The notes below the pieces were generated by a model. The model was given only the letters and a program-made list of their open reading frames with translations, did not search any database and had not been told where the DNA came from. DNA of 63,832 bases, taken from positions 1 to 63,832 of IMG/VR virus record IMGVR_UViG_3300050150_000093; one strand, 5' to 3'. The stretch comes from a virus (taxonomy: Duplodnaviria > Caudoviricetes). The position numbers and the translations under genes are program-made. Below, one piece after another: positions 45,521 through 55,435 of this stretch (its first letter is position 1; each line of letters opens with the position of its first letter).

Positions 45521-46246
45521 ATGGTAACAAATCCATATGTTACACCATACGTCCATGCTGGAGAATCAGATCTTCACGCCGACTTAATAATCGAGTCTAT
45601 ACAAATGTATGGTCAAGATGTTTATTACCTACCACGTACAAAAGTAAACTTCGACGATGCTACGTGGAACCAGGACGACATGTCTGAGTTCAATGAAGCG
45701 TATGTCATTGAAATGTATATCAAGAGTGTTGATTCATTCGAAGGCGAAGGTTCATTTCTCTCTAAGTTTGGCTTAGAGATTAGAGATCGCGTGAGCTTAT
45801 CTGTGGCTCGACGCAGATTTACGGAAGTTGTAACAACAGTTGAAAGTACAATAGTTAGACCACGAGAAGGTGATCTAATTTACTTTGCTATGACTAAGAA
45901 GTTGTTTGAAGTCATCTATTGTGACAACAGAGCTCTTTTCTACCCATTAGGATCACTTCCCCTGTTTGATCTATCGTGCGAAGTTTTTGAGTTTAATGGT
46001 GAAAAATTCAACACCGGTATAACAGCTATTGATGAAATCGCTGAGTCCCTATCTGTGGATCAATATCAGTTTGCAGATCGTGATGGTAATGGTGATGTTG
46101 TTATTGATGCAGACGGTAACATTGTTACAATTCCTGCGTTCGACATTGAAGAGCAGGATGTGGAATTTGACAACTTTAAAATCGAAGAGGAAGCGGAAGA
46201 CATCGTTGACTTCTCAGACTTCGATCCATTTTCGAGAGGTAGCTAA
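45521..46246 (+). CDS. 14: Neck protein gp14
   Basis: ESIQMYGQDVYYLPR; SKFGLEIRD; RPREGDLIY. Confidence 0.95.
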   Translation: MVTNPYVTPYVHAGESDLHADLIIESIQMYGQDVYYLPRTKVNFDDATWNQDDMSEFNEAYVIEMYIKSVDSFEGEGSFLSKFGLEIRDRVSLSVARRRFTEVVTTVESTIVRPREGDLIYFAMTKKLFEVIYCDNRALFYPLGSLPLFDLSCEVFEFNGEKFNTGITAIDEIAESLSVDQYQFADRDGNGDVVIDADGNIVTIPAFDIEEQDVEFDNFKIEEEAEDIVDFSDFDPFSRGS

Positions 46247-46995
46247 TGTTACCCAATAAGTATTTTGAAAACGACGCCCTGCGTAAGTATATCATTCTGT
46301 TCGGTAGAATGTTTAACAACGTTCGAATTGAAAGAGATACCTCTCCGTCCGATGCCACAAAAAAGCAGCACATGATTGTTCCTATCGCTTATGGCGGTAG
46401 AGAAAAATACATGGCTCGTAACACAACCGATCCAGCAATTGAACGTCCAGTTGCAGCTCAATTGCCTCGCATGGCGTTTGAATTAGTAAACATGCACTAT
46501 GATCCACAGCGCCAGTTAAGTACTGTGGGAAATCAATGCTTTATGCCTACGCCATATCGTTTTTACTTCAATCTCTATATCACTGCCCGATACGCGATTG
46601 ACGCATCTAAAATTGTAGAACAAATAGCTCCATTCTTCAGACCTTCTATTGGAATAAGAGCAGACCTGTTAAACAACGATATCCCATATGATCTTAAGCT
46701 AACGATGCTTGAACCTGATATGAAAGACAACTACGAAGGTGCTTTCCTAGAACGCAGAGTGTTAATATGGACTCTACGGTTCTCCTTAGATGGATGGTTG
46801 TTTGGACCTGAGCAACAAAGTGGTGGTATTATCCGTTGGGCAAGTATTAACATTGCTGCTAATACTGGAGCAAATACAGAGCCGAGTGTGAATTCTAATA
46901 CATATCCTATACTAGCAGGTACAGATCTTGAGGATATTGAACCTTCAGATCCATATACTATTAGGACAGACATAACAGAGTTCTTTGATGAGTGA
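46246..46995 (+). CDS. 15: Tail sheath stabiliser/terminator gp15
   Basis: FG-FNN...VPIAYG-K...LPRM-FE...EQI-PFF-P. Confidence 0.93.
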   Translation: MLPNKYFENDALRKYIILFGRMFNNVRIERDTSPSDATKKQHMIVPIAYGGREKYMARNTTDPAIERPVAAQLPRMAFELVNMHYDPQRQLSTVGNQCFMPTPYRFYFNLYITARYAIDASKIVEQIAPFFRPSIGIRADLLNNDIPYDLKLTMLEPDMKDNYEGAFLERRVLIWTLRFSLDGWLFGPEQQSGGIIRWASINIAANTGANTEPSVNSNTYPILAGTDLEDIEPSDPYTIRTDITEFFDE

Positions 46996-47467
46996 TATTA
47001 TAGCTAATGCTTTAGCGCTACGTCCTTTGGATATTGCACTTGAAGCAAACGAATACATTGATGAAAACGGCGAGGTGATGATTTATACACCTCATGAACT
47101 TGCTGTACCTGAATCCGAAATGGATGAGGTGTTAAAAGATGCAGAAGACGATTTCGTCACTGTAAGATCCAACATACAAGCCCTTATGGGTGAAGGTATG
47201 GACCTGTTTAAATTTGCTCGTGATATGGCCGTGAATACACAGAACCCTGAACATGTTCAAGGGGCTGCTAGAATGTTCTCCGAAGCTCTTAAAGCTAACA
47301 AAGAACTAATGAATGTGCACAGAGATAGATTTGCACTTAAACCGCCTGTAGCGGAAACTAATAATGCGCAAAATGCGAAGACGATAAACAACATCGTCTT
47401 CCAGGGAACACAGAGAGAGTTGCTACAGCAATTGAAACAATTACAAAAAGATGACTCAACCACCTAA
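46988..47467 (+). CDS. 16: Terminase small subunit gp16
   Basis: DF-VR-N...NNIVFQGT-EL; position between 15 and 17. Confidence 0.85.
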   Translation: MSDIIANALALRPLDIALEANEYIDENGEVMIYTPHELAVPESEMDEVLKDAEDDFVTVRSNIQALMGEGMDLFKFARDMAVNTQNPEHVQGAARMFSEALKANKELMNVHRDRFALKPPVAETNNAQNAKTINNIVFQGTQRELLQQLKQLQKDDSTT

Positions 47468-49091
47468 TTTTGACGAACGAGTAATAGCTCACTACCCAGG
47501 TCAGCCAAGACTACGAGCAGCCGGATCAACCGTAGATCTTACAGCTTTCGAGCTACAAGAGATTATGAAGTGTCAGTCGAACCCTTTATATTTCCTGGAA
47601 GCGTATTGTAAAATCGTTCACGTTGACCGCGGTATCATTCCTTTCGTTCCCTACGAATACCAAAAAGAGATATTCCAAAAGTGTATCGATAACAGATACA
47701 CCATAATCAAGTTACCTCGTCAAAGTGGTAAGACAACGGTTATGGCTGGGTTTATGGCTTGGCAGTTAGTCTTTAACGAAGACTTCAAAATGGCGTGCTT
47801 GGCTCACAAAGAAATGCAAGCTCGTGAAATTCTGGACCGTGTTAAGTTAATCTTTGAAAACTTACCTATGTGGTTACAGCCAGGGGTAGTTACATGGAAT
47901 AGAAACAACATTGTTGTCGACAACGGCAGTAACATCGAAATCGGCGCGACTTCATCAGGATCAATTCGGGGTAAGGCCTTCAACTTAGTTTATCTTGATG
48001 AGTTTGCGTTCATTCCACCAAACCTACAAGAAGAATTCTATACCTCTGTTCTTCCTACGATTTCGTCTGGTAAGTCATCTAAGATTGTTATCACTTCTAC
48101 TCCAAAAGGATTCAACCTTTTCTATAAGATCTGGAACGATTCAGAGAATAAAAAGAACACCTTTGCTCGTCATGAAATCAGATGGTTTGATCCGCCTGGA
48201 CGTGACGAAGAATGGAAAACAGAACAACTAAAGAACATTGGTGAGCAAAAGTTCAACCAAGAATATGACACAGAGTTCTTAGGTTCATCTGCTACACTTA
48301 TTGCGGGTTGGAAGCTTAAAATGATGAGTGGCTCATTGCCCATTCAACATGATGAACATCTAAGCATCTATGAAGAACCAATCGATGGTAAGAGCTATGT
48401 TATGGCTGTTGACTGTTCAGATGGTGTGGGGCGTGATTATAACACATTCGTTGTTCTAGAGGTATCAGAGATGCCTTATCGAATTGTTGCAACGTACCGA
48501 AACAACCTAATTGAACCTATGATGTTCCCAGAAGTCATAAACCGTATTGGTAAGCATTATAACGATGCTTATGTGGTTGTAGAAAATAACAACATGGGTG
48601 GACAAGTCGCTGGTATTCTATTCTACGATTACGAATATGAGAACATGCTCAGTTCCACCAGAGAAATTGCGCAGAACTCAATCAGTGAAGGCGTCCGTAC
48701 AGTTGTTGGCTTAAAAACAAACAAGCGTACAAAAGCTATGGGTTGCAGCAATCTAAAAGCTATGATTGAAAACGACCAATTGTTAATAAATGATTGGGTA
48801 ATGATCGACGAATTACAACGTTTTGTGCTAACTAAGCAGAGCTATGCAGCAGAAGAAGGTGAACATGACGACATGGTTATGCCACTTGTTGTCTTTGCTT
48901 GGATAGCTCAACAACCATATTTTAAAGAAGTAACCAATACGGACGCAAGACTAGCTTTACAATCAAAAAAGCAAAAGCAAATTGAAGACCAACTATTACC
49001 GTTTGGTATTATAGATGACCATCAAAATCAATCAACGTCTCCAGTAGTGACCCTTTATGGATTCGACTTCGATCTATTCCTCGGCGCATAA
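47451..49091 (+). CDS. 17: Terminase large subunit gp17
   Basis: PRQSGKTT Walker A; LDEFAF; STPKG; HDD-VM. Confidence 0.97.
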   Translation: MTQPPNFDERVIAHYPGQPRLRAAGSTVDLTAFELQEIMKCQSNPLYFLEAYCKIVHVDRGIIPFVPYEYQKEIFQKCIDNRYTIIKLPRQSGKTTVMAGFMAWQLVFNEDFKMACLAHKEMQAREILDRVKLIFENLPMWLQPGVVTWNRNNIVVDNGSNIEIGATSSGSIRGKAFNLVYLDEFAFIPPNLQEEFYTSVLPTISSGKSSKIVITSTPKGFNLFYKIWNDSENKKNTFARHEIRWFDPPGRDEEWKTEQLKNIGEQKFNQEYDTEFLGSSATLIAGWKLKMMSGSLPIQHDEHLSIYEEPIDGKSYVMAVDCSDGVGRDYNTFVVLEVSEMPYRIVATYRNNLIEPMMFPEVINRIGKHYNDAYVVVENNNMGGQVAGILFYDYEYENMLSSTREIAQNSISEGVRTVVGLKTNKRTKAMGCSNLKAMIENDQLLINDWVMIDELQRFVLTKQSYAAEEGEHDDMVMPLVVFAWIAQQPYFKEVTNTDARLALQSKKQKQIEDQLLPFGIIDDHQNQSTSPVVTLYGFDFDLFLGA

Positions 49092-49108
49092 GGTGAAATC
49101 GAATAACA

Positions 49109-49115
49109 CTAAATA
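49109..49115 (+). promoter_or_regulatory. Late promoter
   Basis: CTAAATA upstream of gp18. Confidence 0.6.
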
Positions 49116-49161
49116 GCTAATAAAGCATCTCACTAGAGAAAAAATTATAAAGGAGACTGAA

Positions 49162-51234
49162 ATGGGGTTTAACGTCAGCCCAGGCGTCTACACAACTGAG
49201 ATCGACCTAACAACTGTAATCCCTTCTGTAGCAACTACAGAAGCTGGCTTTGCAGGAGTATTCCGTTGGGGCCCAGTTGGACAGCGCGTTCTTGTGGACA
49301 CAGAAAAGAAACTAGCAGAACGCTTTGGTAAGCCTTCAAATTTGAATGCTGAAACATTCTTCACTGCTGCGAACTTCCTATCATATAGCAACAAGCTGTA
49401 TGTGGTTCGTGCCGCAAATACATCTGCTAACAGCACTGACATTGCAAATGCTGCATTGACAGCCGTCGGTCTAACAACAGGTACTGCGTCAAATACGCAG
49501 TTAGCAACATCGACCGTTAAGACGGCTGATGATTACGAAACAAAAACATTCGATGCTGGTGTATTCTATATCGGAAAGTATCCGGGAGCTCTAGGTAACT
49601 CACTAAAGGTAAGCACTGTAGAAACAGCAGCAGCTTTTAATTCGACTGTTAGCTTGATTCCTAACACTGATATCTCTTCAGTATCGACTGCTGTTAGTTA
49701 TACAGTAGGAAGCAACACAGCAGCAGTACTAATCGTTCCTTCAGGTTCTGGTACATCTCAAACTACTCAAGCTGTTGGTACAACTGTTAAGAACTCTGTA
49801 TCTGTTGGTGATTTCGTTAAGGCAGGTAACAACTCAATTGGTACGCAATACTTGCAGGTAACTGCAGTAAGCACTCCAGTAATTGATGGTGCGAACGCAA
49901 GTCTAACAATTAGCTTCTCGTCTCCATATACGCTAGCTACTGCCTACAGTGCTAATAACGTAGTGCGTTATTGGGAATTCTTTAACAAGGTAAACAAGGC
50001 CCCAGGCCAAACCGCATATCAAGCTGCGAGTGGTAACACTGCTGCTAATGATGAAGTGCACGTTGTTGTATCTGACGAAGATGGCTTGTTCACTGGTACG
50101 CCTGGAACGGTCTTAGAAGTATTCGAAGGTCTATCACGTGCTACTGACGCCAAGTCAGATGAAGGAGCAACCATCTACTACAAAAACGTTGTTAACTCAA
50201 CGTCTGCGTATGTTTGGTCAACTCATGACTTCTCGACCGGTGCTTCAAACACCGCAACCAACGTAGCATCTTCGTCTGCAGTTGTTCCAGCAGCACTTTC
50301 CTTACAGGGCGGTCAAGATGGTCAGAACGAAAACGCTGTACCACTATCAGTAATAGCAACAGCTTTTGATAAGTTTGCTTCAGCTGAAGAAATTGATATC
50401 TCAATCATTCTTCAAGGTGTTGCAAAGGGTGGAAGCAATGGTACTGGTCTTGCAAACTATCTAATCAGCAACATCGCTGATGTTCGTAAAGATTGTGTCG
50501 TTGTTATTTCTCCTGAAAAGGCTGATGTCGTTTACGCTGCTGGTCTTGAACTAGAACGCGTTCTAGAATTCAGAAGCTCTCTAACAGGTTCTTCATACGG
50601 AATCTTAGACAGCGGATACAAGTACACATACGACAAATACAACGATGAATATCGTTGGGTACCATTAAATGGTGACATTGGTGGTGTAATTGCTCGTACA
50701 GATTCTCTTGCAGATCCGTGGTTCAGTCCAGGTGGAGCTACTCGTGGTGGTATCAAGAACGTTTATCGTCTAGCGTGGGCTCCGAGCCAAGCTGACCGCG
50801 ATCAACTATACAAAGCAGATGTGAACCCAGTAATCTTCTTGCCAGGTCAAGGCCCAGTCCTTTACGGCGATAAGACTTTATTGGGTCGCCCATCAGCATT
50901 CGATCGCATTAACGTACGTCGCTTGTTCATTGTCCTCGAGAAGGCAATCGCAAGAGCAAGTGCTGCGTTGCTCTTCGAAATCAACGATGAGTTCTCACGC
51001 GCTCTATTCCGTAACATGGTAGAACCATTCCTACGTGAAATCCAAGGTCGTCGAGGCATCTACGACTTCAGAGTTGTGTGTGACGAAACCAACAACACGC
51101 CTGAAGTAATCGATACGAACGGTTTTGCTGGAGACATCTACGTTAAGCCAGCTCGTTCAATCAATACGATTCAGCTAAACTTCATTGCTGCTCGTACTGG
51201 TGTCGAATTCTCGGAAATCGTAGGCAGATTCTAA
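49162..51234 (+). CDS. 18: Tail sheath protein gp18
   Basis: SPGVYTTEIDLT; PWFSP-G-RG; FDRINVRRLF; YVKPARSIN. Confidence 0.97.
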   Translation: MGFNVSPGVYTTEIDLTTVIPSVATTEAGFAGVFRWGPVGQRVLVDTEKKLAERFGKPSNLNAETFFTAANFLSYSNKLYVVRAANTSANSTDIANAALTAVGLTTGTASNTQLATSTVKTADDYETKTFDAGVFYIGKYPGALGNSLKVSTVETAAAFNSTVSLIPNTDISSVSTAVSYTVGSNTAAVLIVPSGSGTSQTTQAVGTTVKNSVSVGDFVKAGNNSIGTQYLQVTAVSTPVIDGANASLTISFSSPYTLATAYSANNVVRYWEFFNKVNKAPGQTAYQAASGNTAANDEVHVVVSDEDGLFTGTPGTVLEVFEGLSRATDAKSDEGATIYYKNVVNSTSAYVWSTHDFSTGASNTATNVASSSAVVPAALSLQGGQDGQNENAVPLSVIATAFDKFASAEEIDISIILQGVAKGGSNGTGLANYLISNIADVRKDCVVVISPEKADVVYAAGLELERVLEFRSSLTGSSYGILDSGYKYTYDKYNDEYRWVPLNGDIGGVIARTDSLADPWFSPGGATRGGIKNVYRLAWAPSQADRDQLYKADVNPVIFLPGQGPVLYGDKTLLGRPSAFDRINVRRLFIVLEKAIARASAALLFEINDEFSRALFRNMVEPFLREIQGRRGIYDFRVVCDETNNTPEVIDTNGFAGDIYVKPARSINTIQLNFIAARTGVEFSEIVGRF

Positions 51235-51259
51235 AAGAGGTGGTGGGGAGAAATCCCCA

Positions 51260-51946
51260 CTATTCAGTTATATCAGAAACGGGTGGACCATAGCTCCACC
51301 CGTTTCTGTTTGTTCTACACCACGATCGTATGGTTTCTATAGACACTTTGTTTATAATACTTGCATCATTACACGTCGCATAAATTATATCACCACAAAC
51401 TGCTGTTTGAGATGATGCTTTTCTAGCTTCTGATATTCGCTTAATTGAATTAGGGGTATGGTTTTTTCCAAACATACTATTTTTAGAACCTACGTGAGAA
51501 ACTAATCTTCCCCTTTTCCATCCTTGTTCTAATAGTTCATTTACATTATTGACATCAACAACACACTCGTTAGTTCCATCCGCATTGATTAAATGAATTC
51601 GATTTTTCATTTGTTTAGATAAACGGGCTTTTGTCAACTTTGAGTGTGAAGAAAAGAACCCTTCTCCACCCTTTGTCATATTATAACCATTGGGTTGTTC
51701 GGTGTTTTTTGATTCTATGTAATATATTTCAGATTCACACAACTCCTCTTTTGAAAAGCATTCTTTTATAACTTCCCATTTAAAGTTATCCCAGCCATAC
51801 TTTCTTATAGCTTTATAAAAAATTGTATTTTTACACTTAACAGTAGCATAATATTTGTGTGTAGAGATTCTTTTGGGCCAGTAAGAATCGATCCCGATAT
51901 ATTTTTTATTATTAATAGTGTTGGTTGCACAATAAACTACTCTCAT
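51260..51946 (-). mobile_element. Free-standing GIY-YIG homing endonuclease (Seg-like) with NUMOD-like C-terminal motifs
   Basis: VYCATNTINNKKYIG; AIRKYG-NF; E-YI; GYNMT-GGEG; N-MFGK-H; AT-rich and antisense within the late operon. Confidence 0.92.
51274..51316 (+). terminator. Intrinsic terminator for gp18 embedded in the homing endonuclease ORF
   Basis: CAGAAACGGGTGGA-CCATAGC-TCCACCCGTTTCTG followed by TTTGTTCT. Confidence 0.7.
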
Positions 51947-51978
51947 TATCGAATCTCCTCCAGTTAATGAACTAAGAG

Positions 51979-51985
51979 TATTTAA
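51979..51985 (-). promoter_or_regulatory. Late promoter for the homing endonuclease
   Basis: TTAAATA on the minus strand upstream of GGAGGAG RBS. Confidence 0.55.
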
Positions 51986-51994
51986 CTACTAACA

Positions 51995-52002
51995 CATAAA
52001 TA
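51995..52002 (+). promoter_or_regulatory. Late promoter for gp19
   Basis: CATAAATA upstream of AAGGAG RBS. Confidence 0.65.
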
Positions 52003-52028
52003 TACCATAATATTCAAGGAGAATAGTT

Positions 52029-52589
52029 TTGGCCTTTTCAATTAACGACTTGAGAGCGAATTTGAACTTCGGTGGCGCACGTCCTACCCTGTTCACTGTT
52101 CAGCTCACATTACCATCTGGCGTTAACAACGCTGCAGCCGCAAGAAAGTTTACTATCTCTTGTGAAGCTACTGAACTACCATCCGACAACGTCGGTGTAA
52201 TTGGTGTTCCATACTTTGGCCGTGTTATCAAATATGCTGGCGATAGAACATTCAACCCTTGGTCTGTTACACTTGTAAACGACGAAGACTTCCTAGTAAG
52301 AGATTCTCTCGAATCGTGGTCAAGCTTAATGAACACTCGAGTAAGCAATCTTCGTGATGCTCCTTCATCTAGTGCTGAATTCTATAAGAGCTCAGCAGAG
52401 ATTACTCAATATGGTAGAACGGGCGATGTTCTACGCAAATATACCGTACAAGGTTTGTGGCCTCGGGAAATTGAAGCAATTCAATTGAACTGGGGTGAGC
52501 AAGACCAAATCGAAAAGTATCGCGTCACCTTCGAATTTGATTGGTTTGATGTAGATGGTAAGACTGGTAGAGGCGGCCGCACACGCTAA
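52029..52589 (+). CDS. 19: Tail tube protein gp19 (TTG start)
   Basis: GGARPTLF-V; GR-IK-AGDRTF-W-VT-NDEDF. Confidence 0.96.
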   Translation: MAFSINDLRANLNFGGARPTLFTVQLTLPSGVNNAAAARKFTISCEATELPSDNVGVIGVPYFGRVIKYAGDRTFNPWSVTLVNDEDFLVRDSLESWSSLMNTRVSNLRDAPSSSAEFYKSSAEITQYGRTGDVLRKYTVQGLWPREIEAIQLNWGEQDQIEKYRVTFEFDWFDVDGKTGRGGRTR

Positions 52590-52594
52590 ATAAC

Positions 52595-52622
52595 AAAGAG
52601 CTGGTTTCGATCAGCTCTTTTT
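52595..52622 (+). terminator. Intrinsic terminator after gp19
   Basis: AAAGAGCTG-GTTTCGAT-CAGCTCTTTTT. Confidence 0.8.
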
Positions 52623-52644
52623 ATTAGACATTGTGAGTTAACAT

Positions 52645-54207
52645 ATGGCATTCAATCTATGGGGTTTCGAAATTCGCAGAGCTGGTGGAGACATCGAGCA
52701 GCGCGAAAACATTCCTACCCCAGTTCCACCAGCTAATACAGAGGGCGCACAAGTTGTCCCAGCTGGCGGTGTTCAAGGTTATCTATTAGATTTAGAAGGT
52801 TCAGTTCGTACAGAAGCTGAACTAATCGCTCGTTATCGTAGCGTCGCATTGCATCCTGAAGTCGAGAGTGCTATCGACGATATTGCTAACGAAGCAATCA
52901 TCACCGATCAACAGGGTGCTGCTGTTGACATGGATTTATCCGACTTAGATGTTGATGACCAACTTAAAGAAGTCATCCAGCAAGAGTGGGATCGAGTTCT
53001 TGACTTATTGCTATTCAGTACTAAGTCATACGAAATTTTCAAACAATGGTACATTGACGGTAGAATTTACTACCAAGTAATCATTGACGAACAAGCTCCT
53101 GAAAATGGTATCCAAGCTCTACGGAACGTAGATGCTATGCACTTACGTAAGATTCGTGAAGATACCACTACGACAGATCCGGACGGTTACGAAGAAATTA
53201 GAGTAGTAAATGAATACTACCTATACTCGCCTAATGGTTTCAAGAACAATGCACAAGTTCCAATGAACTCTGCATTCAGTAGTATGAATACTCAAGCTGT
53301 AAAGCTATCTAAAGATTCCGTCATTCACGTAACATCTGGACTACAAGATCAGATGAGTACAATGATTCTATCACATCTTCATGCTGCAATTAAGCCTCTA
53401 AACCAGCTCCGCACTCTAGAAGATGCTACTGTAGTATATCGATTAGTACGAGCTCCAGAGCGTAAAGTATTCAACGTCGAAACTGGTGGCCTGCCTCCTA
53501 ACAAAGCGATGCAGCACGTCCAGAACCAAATGCAACGGCATAAGAATAAAGTAGTTTACGATCAGACGACCGGTGAAGTTCGTGACGATCGTAAATTCAT
53601 GACTATGATTGAAGACTACTGGTTCCCTAAACAAGATGGAAAGGGAACTTCAGTTGACATCCTAAAGGGTGGTGACAATCTTGGTGAAATGACTGACGTA
53701 GAGTATTTCCAACAAAAACTCTACAAATCACTATATGTTCCTATCTCACGACTCGAATCCTCAACTGGTTTCAGCTTAGGTCGTCCTTCGGAAATCACAA
53801 GAGACGAATTGAAGTTCATGAAGTTCGTAGCTCGCTTACGTCTTCAATTCAGTCAGCTGTTTTATAAGATCCTAAGAACACAACTTCTGCTCCGTAATGT
53901 TATTGCTCCCGAAGAGTGGCACATGCTTGAGCAGAAGATCAAGTTCTTGTTTGCTGAAGACAACTTCTTCGAGAAGTTAAAGCAAACAGAAGTCCTTCGT
54001 GAAATGGCAATGACTTTGGGTCAACTTGATCCATACGTAGGGAAATACTTCTCTGCGGAGTGGGTTCAGGAAAGTGTAATCCAATTCACCGAAGAAGAAA
54101 TTCAACTAGAGCAAGAACGCATGGAAGCAGAAATGCAACAGCAATTAGCTCTTGAAGTTCAACAAGCTGCCAAGATGACAAAAGCTACGACTCCACCTGG
54201 CAAATAA
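52645..54207 (+). CDS. 20: Portal protein gp20
   Basis: HPEV-SAIDDI-NE; WYIDGR; YRL-RAPER; EDYW-P; EITRDELKF. Confidence 0.97.
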   Translation: MAFNLWGFEIRRAGGDIEQRENIPTPVPPANTEGAQVVPAGGVQGYLLDLEGSVRTEAELIARYRSVALHPEVESAIDDIANEAIITDQQGAAVDMDLSDLDVDDQLKEVIQQEWDRVLDLLLFSTKSYEIFKQWYIDGRIYYQVIIDEQAPENGIQALRNVDAMHLRKIREDTTTTDPDGYEEIRVVNEYYLYSPNGFKNNAQVPMNSAFSSMNTQAVKLSKDSVIHVTSGLQDQMSTMILSHLHAAIKPLNQLRTLEDATVVYRLVRAPERKVFNVETGGLPPNKAMQHVQNQMQRHKNKVVYDQTTGEVRDDRKFMTMIEDYWFPKQDGKGTSVDILKGGDNLGEMTDVEYFQQKLYKSLYVPISRLESSTGFSLGRPSEITRDELKFMKFVARLRLQFSQLFYKILRTQLLLRNVIAPEEWHMLEQKIKFLFAEDNFFEKLKQTEVLREMAMTLGQLDPYVGKYFSAEWVQESVIQFTEEEIQLEQERMEAEMQQQLALEVQQAAKMTKATTPPGK

Positions 54208-54241
54208 CGTGTAACCATATATAATTCGTAAGGAGTTAACA

Positions 54242-54415
54242 ATGTCAAACAAGAACATTTTAGATTTTGTAGCAGCTATTGCTACTGGTCAAACTGCACC
54301 AGCAGTAGAGTTCGCTAAGGCAGAACTTCAATCGCGCGTTCAGACGCAAGTCGAAAGCTTTAAGACAGACTACCAGTATAAGGTAGCGGGAGATGTTACG
54401 GTAGATGACAGCTAA
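54242..54415 (+). CDS. Prohead core protein, gp67-like, 57 aa (MSNKNILDFV...)
   Basis: AAGGAG RBS; position after gp20; absent from the ORF track. Confidence 0.6.
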   Translation: MSNKNILDFVAAIATGQTAPAVEFAKAELQSRVQTQVESFKTDYQYKVAGDVTVDDS

Positions 54416-54722
54416 TAAGACGCCGGTTGATTTAACAACAAACAGCATTCAAACCACTGCATATGAACCACTCAAGAAGTTCTTAGATCTTCATCAACCT
54501 GTTCGTACAGATGATACGAATGGTAATGGAGACGATGTATTCAAAGCTGCTAATATTCAAACAATTGACCGCAGCTACGAGCGTCATGGCTATGATACGC
54601 CTGACGATAAAAACATCTACGATTATCATAACGATGACGTCCTAGACGCTCTACTGAAAACTAGAGCTGCTATTAAAGGTATGTGTATGTCTCAGTGGCA
54701 GCAAACACAGGATGTAGGATAA
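54405..54722 (+). CDS. Putative prohead core protein (gp68 position)
   Basis: Synteny between gp67-like and gp21 only. Confidence 0.5.
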   Translation: MTANKTPVDLTTNSIQTTAYEPLKKFLDLHQPVRTDDTNGNGDDVFKAANIQTIDRSYERHGYDTPDDKNIYDYHNDDVLDALLKTRAAIKGMCMSQWQQTQDVG

Positions 54723-55408
54723 TGGCATCGTATAAGTTTCTACGTGAAGAAATTGAGAATCCAACTAACCTCGTTGTTGAAAACACAATGCAAGGTAAGA
54801 AGCACTACATTGAAGGTCCTTTCATGCAATTGGAAGTGCCCAACAAGAATAAGCGCTTCTACCCACAGTCTGTAGTTGTTCCTGAAATTGAACGTTACAT
54901 TAACGAACAAGTAGCTACTAAGCGTGCTTGGGGTGAACTGGGCCACCCAAATGGTCCACAAATCAACCTACACTTAGTATCACATATCATCACAGAATTA
55001 AATATTGATAAGAACACTGTGTATGGTAGAGCTATGCTTACCAATACTCCAATGGGCGATATTGCTAGAGGTCTTGCGGAAGCTGGATCGCTAGGCGTTA
55101 GCTCACGTGGATTAGGCTCAATGAGCGCACACAAGTCCTTAAAGGGTATTCAAGAAGTAAACGTATATCGTATTGCTACAGCAGCCGATATTGTTAACGA
55201 TCCATCAGCACCTGGAGCTTATGTTACAGCTATGATGGAAGGCGCTGATTGGGTTATGGATCCGATAAGCGGCAACTGGGTTATGCAAGAAATGGTTGAG
55301 AACACCATTAAAGAATTCAAGAAAAAGAAGTTTTCACAGATTGATGAAGCAGAAATGCTAAAAGCTTTCGAAAAATTCATGACCGGGGTCGCCGGGTTTA
55401 CTAAATAA
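54722..55408 (+). CDS. 21: Prohead protease gp21
   Basis: YIEG-FMQ-E-N-N-R-YP; GELGHP; GVSSRG-GS; DIV-DPSAP-A. Confidence 0.96.
   Translation: MASYKFLREEIENPTNLVVENTMQGKKHYIEGPFMQLEVPNKNKRFYPQSVVVPEIERYINEQVATKRAWGELGHPNGPQINLHLVSHIITELNIDKNTVYGRAMLTNTPMGDIARGLAEAGSLGVSSRGLGSMSAHKSLKGIQEVNVYRIATAADIVNDPSAPGAYVTAMMEGADWVMDPISGNWVMQEMVENTIKEFKKKKFSQIDEAEMLKAFEKFMTGVAGFTK
55401..55407 (+). promoter_or_regulatory. Late promoter
   Basis: CTAAATA upstream of gp22. Confidence 0.6.
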
Positions 55409-55435
55409 CAATACACAGAATTAAAGGAGTGTGAA

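Noticed and set aside
51235-52028. Group I intron carrying the GIY-YIG ORF
   Set aside because: gp18 and gp19 both look complete, the ORF is antisense, and the flanks are too short for a ribozyme core.
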